In this document: piece by piece, positions 57,963 through 64,000 of the stretch
Layout: each line of letters opens with the position of its first letter
Position numbering within the stretch: position 1 is the stretch's first letter
NCBI GenBank assembly: GCA_037134355.1
Contig: JBAXMJ010000003.1
Location: 3,497 to 67,496 of the forward strand
DNA from: a bacterium
GTDB lineage: Bacteria > Verrucomicrobiota > Kiritimatiellia > CAIKKV01 > CAITUY01
DNA length: 64,000 nucleotides
Reading direction: 5' to 3'
Program-made: the position numbers and the translations under genes
Notes under the pieces: generated by a model
Told to the model about the DNA's origin: nothing
Databases searched by the model: none
What the model saw: the letters and a program-made list of their open reading frames with translations, nothing else

Positions 57963-59189
57963 CTAGAACTTGAGGGCGGCCTTCAGCAGGCGTTGTTCTA
58001 ACTCGGCGATGACGCGATCGTCGTCCTGCTTGTCCTTCGACTCAAAGGTTGCGGAGAAGCGCAGGAAAGGCCCCACATCATCCCAAGGCACGGTCGAAAT
58101 CGAGCATTCGCGGATCAGGTACTGCGAGGCGTCTTCCGCTGTGTTAAAGACCGTGCTCCCCGCCCCTTTCGGCGCGGGAACATACAGGTAGAATGTGCCG
58201 CCGGGCATCTTCGCCTTGAATCCGACCGTCTTAAGCACCTTCACCAACTTCTTCAGCCTGCGCTCATAATGCTTTTTGATCTTGTCCGCCAGCGCCTTGT
58301 CGGCCACTCCCGCACAAGCCGCCAGCTGGATGGCTTTGAACTGACCGGAATCCACATTGTCCTTCACCTCGGCATAGGCCTGCACCAGGCGCGGTGCGCC
58401 AGCCACAAAGCCCAGGCGCCAACCGGTCATGTTGTAACTCTTGCTCATGGAGTGCAATTCAAGGGCCACATCCCGTCCACCCGGCCGGCTGAGGATGGAC
58501 AGCGGCTGGCCGTACACAAGCGTCGCATAGGCCGCATCCTGCACGATCAGGATGTTGTGCTTTTTCGCAAACGCGATCAACTTGTCGAACAACTCTTCAG
58601 TCGGTGCCGCACCTGTGGGATTGTTGGGGTAGTTGACGTAAAACAACTTGGTCCGGGCGAGAACAGCGGGATCAATGGCGTCGAGATCGGGATAGAACTT
58701 ATTTTCGCGCTTGAGGGGAACCTTGACAACCTCCCCGCCGAGATAGCGGGTATGGGTGGCGAGAACGGGATAACCGGGCACGGTCACCAGAGCCACATCG
58801 CCGGGATTGATGAAGCAGAGGGGCAACATGGCCAAGGCAGGCTTGGAACCGATGCTGTGGCAGATGTCGATATCGGGATTCAGGTCGGTGACGCCAAAGA
58901 ATTTAGCCATGTATTCGGCCGCGGCAACCTTGAACTCACGGATACCGTTGTCGGCGTAGCCGCGGTTGGCAGGATCGTCCACGGCCAGTTTGAGGGCCTT
59001 GCGGATCGGCTTAGGAGCGATCTGATCAGGCTCGCCAACGCCGAAATCGAGCAATTCCACGCCAGGCCGCGCCGCCCGGGCGGCTGCCTTGGCCCGCTTG
59101 ATTTTCTCGAACTTGTAAATCTCGTTGGTGGTTCCGAATTTCACCCCGCCAATCCGCTCCGCAAACAAAGTCTGTACATCCATGATCAA
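57963..59189 (-). CDS. dapL: Class I PLP-dependent aminotransferase, LL-diaminopimelate aminotransferase (DapL)-like
   Basis: The N-terminus ...EIYKFEKIKRAKAAARAARPGVELLDFGVGEPD resembles the DapL N-terminus. PLP-Lys motif SMSKSYNMTGWRLGF. Confidence 0.55.
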   Translation of the reverse strand: MIMDVQTLFAERIGGVKFGTTNEIYKFEKIKRAKAAARAARPGVELLDFGVGEPDQIAPKPIRKALKLAVDDPANRGYADNGIREFKVAAAEYMAKFFGVTDLNPDIDICHSIGSKPALAMLPLCFINPGDVALVTVPGYPVLATHTRYLGGEVVKVPLKRENKFYPDLDAIDPAVLARTKLFYVNYPNNPTGAAPTEELFDKLIAFAKKHNILIVQDAAYATLVYGQPLSILSRPGGRDVALELHSMSKSYNMTGWRLGFVAGAPRLVQAYAEVKDNVDSGQFKAIQLAACAGVADKALADKIKKHYERRLKKLVKVLKTVGFKAKMPGGTFYLYVPAPKGAGSTVFNTAEDASQYLIRECSISTVPWDDVGPFLRFSATFESKDKQDDDRVIAELEQRLLKAALKF

Positions 59190-59275
59190 ATCTCCTTGTT
59201 GAAAAGTCCGGCAGGGTAATCTCTCAGCCTCCCAAAATCAAGCCGAGGCTCATTTCATCTTTCATACTTCATCAT

Positions 59276-60727
59276 TTATACTTTCCTATTCAGCGTGCTG
59301 TGGCGATGGCCATAGAGGAAATAGACGCCAAGGCCGAGAGCCATCCAGAGAAAGAGGCGTAGCCAAGTGTCAAACGGAAGCGCCACCATCTGGGCGCCGG
59401 CAAGGAGCATCCCCATCAGGGGAACAAAGGGCACCCAGGGGGTTCTGAACGGCCGTGGGGCATCAGGCTTGGTGCGCCGCATCACCCACACCCCTGCACA
59501 CACCATCACAAACGCCAGCAGCGCTCCGATGGAGACCAGCTCGCCCAGAAACCCAATGGGGAAGATCGCCGCCATGAGCAGCGACACCACGCCGGTAATC
59601 GTCGTCGCCAACCAAGGCGTCTTGAACCGGGAATGGATGGCTCCGAATTTCGCCGGCAATAGACCGTCGCGTGACATCGAGTAGAAAATCCGGGATTGTC
59701 CAAGCATCAGCACCAGGATCACTGAACTCAGTCCGGCAATGGCGCCCATCTTGACCAGTGGTCTGAGCCACGCCAGCGCCGGACCCGCCGCATCAATTCC
59801 CACAGCCATCGGATGAGGGACATTCAACTGCTTGTAGGGCACGAGGCCCGTCAGCACCACCGCCACCGCCACATAGAGAACCGCACAGATTGCCAACGAG
59901 ACCAGAATGCCGATGGGCACATCGCGCTGAGGGCGTCGCGCCTCCTGCGCCGCCGTGGAGACGGCGTCGAAACCGATATAAGCAAAGAACACCACCGCCG
60001 CACCGCGCATCATCCCGCTCCACCCGTACTCCCCGAAGACCCCCGTGTTCGCCGGGATAAATGGAGTCAGGTTTTCTATCTTGATGTAGCGCATGCCGAG
60101 AACAATAAACAGCAGGATGACAGTAACTTTGACGATAACGATCCCATTGTTAAAGTTCGCCGATTCCCTGATTCCCAGCACCAACAGTCCAGTCACCACC
60201 GCGACGATCAGCACAGCGGGCAGATTGAACCAGGCGCCCGTAAGGTGAAGCCCGGCCTGGGGCGTGTATGAAAACGGGGCATTGACCAGCGCCGGGGGTA
60301 GTGTGACCCCGCAGTCCTTCAGAAAGCTCACGACATAGCCTGACCAGCCGACCGCCACCGTGGAGGCGCCGAAGAGGTATTCGAGGATCAAATCCCAGCC
60401 AATGATCCAGGCAAAGACCTCGCCCAGCGTGGCGTAGGAATAGGTGTAGGCGCTGCCAGCGGCGGGAATCATCGAGGCGAACTCGCTGTAGCACAGGCCC
60501 GCAAAGGCACAAGCGAGCCCGGAAAAAAGGAAGGAAAGGGCAATACCCGGCCCGGCGTAGTTGGCGGCCGCCTGCCCGGTGAGCACAAAGATCCCGGCGC
60601 CGATGACACCTCCGATTCCGAGCAGGGTCAGGTGCCATGGCCCCAGCACCCGATGCATCTGATGTTCCGCCTTCTCCACATCCTCCATGATCTGTTCATG
60701 GGATTTCGTTCTGAAATACCGTTTCAT
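59276..60727 (-). CDS. Amino acid permease (APC superfamily)
   Basis: 12-TM protein with the APC signature GIGGVIGAGIFVLTG. Start set at Met19 of the ORF, which extends to 60781. Confidence 0.8.
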   Translation of the reverse strand: MKRYFRTKSHEQIMEDVEKAEHQMHRVLGPWHLTLLGIGGVIGAGIFVLTGQAAANYAGPGIALSFLFSGLACAFAGLCYSEFASMIPAAGSAYTYSYATLGEVFAWIIGWDLILEYLFGASTVAVGWSGYVVSFLKDCGVTLPPALVNAPFSYTPQAGLHLTGAWFNLPAVLIVAVVTGLLVLGIRESANFNNGIVIVKVTVILLFIVLGMRYIKIENLTPFIPANTGVFGEYGWSGMMRGAAVVFFAYIGFDAVSTAAQEARRPQRDVPIGILVSLAICAVLYVAVAVVLTGLVPYKQLNVPHPMAVGIDAAGPALAWLRPLVKMGAIAGLSSVILVLMLGQSRIFYSMSRDGLLPAKFGAIHSRFKTPWLATTITGVVSLLMAAIFPIGFLGELVSIGALLAFVMVCAGVWVMRRTKPDAPRPFRTPWVPFVPLMGMLLAGAQMVALPFDTWLRLFLWMALGLGVYFLYGHRHSTLNRKV

Positions 60728-61635
60728 AAGACTCCCGGCTCCACAGGTTCGAGGACCCATCGTTTGTTGTACCAGAACCATTGCCCGGGTTCGGCCATGA
60801 TGGCGTCCGAAATGATATCCATCACGGCCTGGCTCATCCGCTGGATATCGGCATGTTTATCGGCGGCAGGATCAGACTCGACCGGCGCGTAAATCCGCCC
60901 CACATGCCGGGTCCACCCCACGCGCGTAACAATGACCGGGAAAATAGGCACTCCGGCATGTCGGGCAAACATCGCCATCCCCCCGCCAATGTTGGCTTCC
61001 TTCCCTAAAAACCTGACCTTGACCGCCTCGGTTCGCATCCGCACATCGGGCAGCAGCGCCAGCATCTCGCCCTGCTTCAGCCGGTTGATGATCTGCTTCA
61101 GGGTCGAGGCTCCACGCATCAGGATCGGCATGCCCGACCGGGCACGGGTGGAATTGAGATAATGGTCAAACAAGGGATTGCGCTGCTTGCCTGCCACCGA
61201 AAAAAAAGGTGTTCCCCGCAGAATCATGGCGCGCCCGGGCAACTCCCATGCACCCATGTGGGGAATGGCAAAGATCGCGCCGCGCCCCGTGGCCCCATGT
61301 GCCTCGGCCACCCGTTGAATCTCACCATAATCCGCAATCCCGGTCAGCGTCTCAAGCGTGGTGGCGGGCGTCCTCATGATGTCCACCGCCGTAAACATCA
61401 GATTGCGGAGCGACAACCAGGCAATACGCCGCACCTCGCGGGCATCGAACCGGTCGCCGAACACCTCGCGAATGCGCCGCTCCGCCTCCGTGCGGCGAAA
61501 CCAACCGATATTAAATGCAAGCCAAGCCACCCCATAACCCACGGCAAGCGCCGCCCGGTACGGCAGGAGTGTCACCACCCCGGCGACCGCCCTCAACCCC
61601 GCATACTCCACCAGATGTTTCGCGCGATATTTCAT
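60724..61635 (-). CDS. Lysophospholipid / lipid A acyltransferase (LpxL/HtrB family)
   Basis: N-terminal TM and an LPLAT fold with an HX4[DE]-like motif (IPHMGAWE). Start set at Met38, which gives an ATGA overlap with the upstream gene; the ORF extends to 61746. Confidence 0.6.
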   Translation of the reverse strand: MKYRAKHLVEYAGLRAVAGVVTLLPYRAALAVGYGVAWLAFNIGWFRRTEAERRIREVFGDRFDAREVRRIAWLSLRNLMFTAVDIMRTPATTLETLTGIADYGEIQRVAEAHGATGRGAIFAIPHMGAWELPGRAMILRGTPFFSVAGKQRNPLFDHYLNSTRARSGMPILMRGASTLKQIINRLKQGEMLALLPDVRMRTEAVKVRFLGKEANIGGGMAMFARHAGVPIFPVIVTRVGWTRHVGRIYAPVESDPAADKHADIQRMSQAVMDIISDAIMAEPGQWFWYNKRWVLEPVEPGVL

Positions 61636-62771
61636 GATGTTCTGGATCCTTTTGTGAATTGGCGGGCGAACCGGAAAAAGGGGCTGGACTGCATTGTGAT
61701 CGCGTGCTCGGGACACACCTCGTGGCAGCAGCAGCAGGCAATGCATTTTTCAGCCTTCAGCACCGGCCGGCTACGGGACGTCATGCTCAACGCCTCGGCA
61801 GGACAGGCCTTAACGCATTTCCCGCAAAACACACAGGCTCCGGAAATGAGGGGGCGGTGCCAGATCAGAGGTTGGACGACCCGGACAAGCCAGTGCGGCA
61901 CATAATTGAGCGGCACAGTACTGGGCAATTTGTACTCCCGTGGGGCAAGGGCCCCGATAAGATCACCTTCCGTATCGACCTGAGACCATTCCGCCACACC
62001 CAACCCCGCGCGACGGGCCGCCTCCAGGTGGACAATGTTGCGGGGATCAAGCCCCAGCGTACGGCACAGCACCGCATCCAGCGCAAGGGCATCAGCTGAA
62101 CCCGCCAGAAATCCGAGTTCAACGGGAGCACCGGCCGAGGGCCCGTTCCCCTCCATCCCCACCACCCCATCGGCAATGGCAAGCACAGGCCGAATCCGGC
62201 GATAAATGGCGATCAAGAGGCGGGCAAAGTCCTGCGGATAGGGATACAGCTTGTGAAACATGGTCTTCTGGCGACCGGGCACAGTGCCGTAAAGATTCTT
62301 GACCGCGCCGGTAAGTCCGGTAAGAACATGGGTCTTGACCTTCGGAACCGTGATGATCGCGTCGGCTTCCAGCACCGGATTGGCAATGGTAAAACGTATG
62401 CCGCCCTCCTCAAATGACCGGGACCCCGCCTTTTCCAGATTTACCAGCGGAACCTGCTCCTCGCGGCATAGGGCCTCCATGCCCGTGCGTTCCCACACCC
62501 GGTGCAGATCGGCAATGACAGCCGGACTGTCAGCCACCCAGGGCTTGGCACCACAGTTCCTGACCAGGCGGATCAGGGCGCGAACGACCTCGGGGTGAGT
62601 GGTGACGGCTTCCTCGGGGGTATGATCGGAGAGCAGGTTGGGCTTGATCAGCACCGACTGACCGGGCTTAACAAACCGGTTCATCCCGCCAAGCCCTTCC
62701 ATAAGCCGCCCCATGGCGCCATGAACCGCCGAATAATCGGCACAGTGAACCAGATTGACTGGGATAGACAT
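61632..62771 (-). CDS. DUF362 domain protein with a C-terminal 2x[4Fe-4S] ferredoxin domain
   Basis: DUF362-like N-terminal region (LIKPNLLS...). C-terminal CVFCGKCVKACP and CIACCCCHEVCP cluster motifs. Confidence 0.6.
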   Translation of the reverse strand: MSIPVNLVHCADYSAVHGAMGRLMEGLGGMNRFVKPGQSVLIKPNLLSDHTPEEAVTTHPEVVRALIRLVRNCGAKPWVADSPAVIADLHRVWERTGMEALCREEQVPLVNLEKAGSRSFEEGGIRFTIANPVLEADAIITVPKVKTHVLTGLTGAVKNLYGTVPGRQKTMFHKLYPYPQDFARLLIAIYRRIRPVLAIADGVVGMEGNGPSAGAPVELGFLAGSADALALDAVLCRTLGLDPRNIVHLEAARRAGLGVAEWSQVDTEGDLIGALAPREYKLPSTVPLNYVPHWLVRVVQPLIWHRPLISGACVFCGKCVKACPAEALSMTSRSRPVLKAEKCIACCCCHEVCPEHAITMQSSPFFRFARQFTKGSRTS

Positions 62772-62887
62772 GGCGGAAAGGTATCGCGTCAGGCAGGACG
62801 GCTCAAGCGCAAAGCCGGAAAGAGTTGGGAATTGCCTGATCGTCGACTTTTGATAGTATCCGCCCCAGCAATCAGGGAGCACACAGC

Positions 62888-64000
62888 ATGAAGACCATTC
62901 TTTGCATCGGCGCGGGTTATGTCGGCGGGCCTACCATGGCCATGATCGCGAAAAAATGTCCCGACATCAAAGTTCTTGTTGTGGACATTGATGCGGCCCG
63001 TATTAAGGCCTGGCAATCGGACCGTCTCCCCATCTACGAACCCGGGCTCGCGGAATTGGTGAAAGCCACGCTGAACAAGAATCTTTTCTTTTCGACCGAT
63101 GTGGCCGCAGGAATCCGGGAAGCCGACATCATCTTCGTCAGCGTCAATACCCCCACCAAGTCTTTCGGGCAGGGCGCGGGACGCGCAGCCGATCTTCAGT
63201 ACTGGGAGAAAACCGCGCGGGAGATCAAGGCAAACGCCACCTCAGACAAGATCGTTGTTGAGAAAAGCACACTCCCTGTACGCACCGCCGAAGCCATGGA
63301 GCGGATTCTCCACTCCGGGAACAAAACAGTTCATTTCGAGGTGCTGTCCAACCCTGAGTTCCTGGCCGAGGGCACGGCGACCAAAGACCTTGAAACTCCC
63401 GACCGGATTTTGATCGGGGGGCACGACACCGAATCCGGGCGCCGTGCCGTGGCGAGTCTGGTGGATGTCTATGCGCACTGGGTTCCGCGAAACCGCATTC
63501 TCACCACCAGCGTGTGGTCCAGCGAATTATCAAAGCTGGCGGCCAACGCCTTCCTGGCGCAGCGCATCAGCTCCATCAACAGCCTCTCTGCACTGTGCGA
63601 ACGTACCGAAGCAAATATTTCCGAAGTGGCGCGGGCCATCGGCATGGATGCCCGCATCGGCGCCCGGTTCCTGAATGCCAGCGTCGGTTTCGGCGGTTCG
63701 TGTTTCAAGAAGGATATCCTGAACCTGGTGTATCTCTGCCAGCACTATGGCCTGACCGAAGTAGCGGCCTACTGGGAGCAGGTGGTCACCATGAATGAGT
63801 ACCAGGAAGACCGCTTTGCGCGAAAGATGAGTTCCACGATGTTCAATACCGTGGCAGGTAAACGCATTGCCGTCTTTGGCTTCGCCTTCAAGGCCGATAC
63901 CGGCGACACCCGGGAAAGCCCGGCGATCCGCGTCTGCCGATACCTGATTGAGGAACGGGCGGCGGTGGTGGTGACGGACCCCAAGGCGCTGGACAACGCA
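62888..64000 (+). CDS. ugd: UDP-glucose 6-dehydrogenase (eukaryotic-type UGDH), 3'-partial at the window edge
   Basis: [24 protein letters not shown]-binding N-terminus, the catalytic Cys region ([10 protein letters not shown]), and a UDPG_MGDP_dh central domain. The ORF runs off the window end. Confidence 0.85.
   Translation, partial: MKTILCIGAGYVGGPTMAMIAKKCPDIKVLVVDIDAARIKAWQSDRLPIYEPGLAELVKATLNKNLFFSTDVAAGIREADIIFVSVNTPTKSFGQGAGRAADLQYWEKTAREIKANATSDKIVVEKSTLPVRTAEAMERILHSGNKTVHFEVLSNPEFLAEGTATKDLETPDRILIGGHDTESGRRAVASLVDVYAHWVPRNRILTTSVWSSELSKLAANAFLAQRISSINSLSALCERTEANISEVARAIGMDARIGARFLNASVGFGGSCFKKDILNLVYLCQHYGLTEVAAYWEQVVTMNEYQEDRFARKMSSTMFNTVAGKRIAVFGFAFKADTGDTRESPAIRVCRYLIEERAAVVVTDPKALDNA

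Noticed and set aside
59190-59275. An AGCCTC...GAGGCT hairpin between the permease and the dapL-like gene, considered as a terminator.
   Set aside because: The stem is short (6 bp) with a 13-nt loop and lacks a clear U-tract on the minus strand. It is too weak to call.
1-64000. Checked for CRISPR arrays, IS elements or transposases, integrases and phage genes.
   Set aside because: No regularly spaced direct repeats, no transposase or integrase motifs, and no terminal inverted repeats were seen. The window appears to be core chromosome plus an EPS accessory locus.

Overview
The window is GC-rich (~60%) bacterial chromosome, gene-dense on both strands, with no transposases, integrases or CRISPR arrays. 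By gene content it probably comes from the PVC superphylum (Verrucomicrobiota, Kiritimatiellota or Lentisphaerota), but that is inference. The content runs in this order: a phospholipase D / cardiolipin synthase-family protein, a DEAD-box helicase, cytochrome bd oxidase (cydAB), a three-gene two-component cluster co-oriented with a GT4 glycosyltransferase, and a B12-binding radical SAM enzyme next to a hexapeptide acetyltransferase. A metal ABC importer (permease and ATPase) follows, then tRNA-Cys, a Smr protein, an ABC-2 exporter pair and a cNMP-binding protein. After that comes one long co-directional minus-strand block. It holds two fusion genes (RpiB-GlyA and TsaC/YrdC-LMW phosphatase), an apparently inactive S41 peptidase homologue, purE, purD and a standalone 5'-3' exonuclease. 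The block continues with a type IV pilus / type II secretion-like module made of a secretin with an Ala/Pro tandem-repeat N-terminus, an atypical protein in the PilP position, a PilO-like protein and a PilM-PilN fusion. Upstream of that module sit a PHP-domain protein and a eukaryotic-like Ser/Thr kinase. Further on are lgt, rluD, an orphan gcvH, pilC and pilB, a triple helicase-associated (HA) domain protein, guaA and carA. A PEP-CTERM / exosortase-type exopolysaccharide locus comes next. It comprises a WbaP-like priming transferase, a Wzc BY-kinase with a Tyr-rich tail, Wza, a 1346-aa exosortase fused to a long TPR domain, a predicted outer-membrane beta-barrel, an EpsI-like candidate and an EpsD-like PPIase. 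The window ends with tRNA-Met(CAU), a DapL-like aminotransferase, an amino acid permease, an LpxL-family acyltransferase, a DUF362-ferredoxin protein and a partial UDP-glucose 6-dehydrogenase. The candidates most worth follow-up are the exosortase-TPR fusion inside the EPS locus, the two fusion genes that compress the conserved tsaC-phosphatase-rpiB-glyA neighbourhood, and the pilus/secretion-like module flanked by kinase and phosphatase-like genes. All functional calls rest on motif recognition in the supplied ORF translations; no database searches were run.
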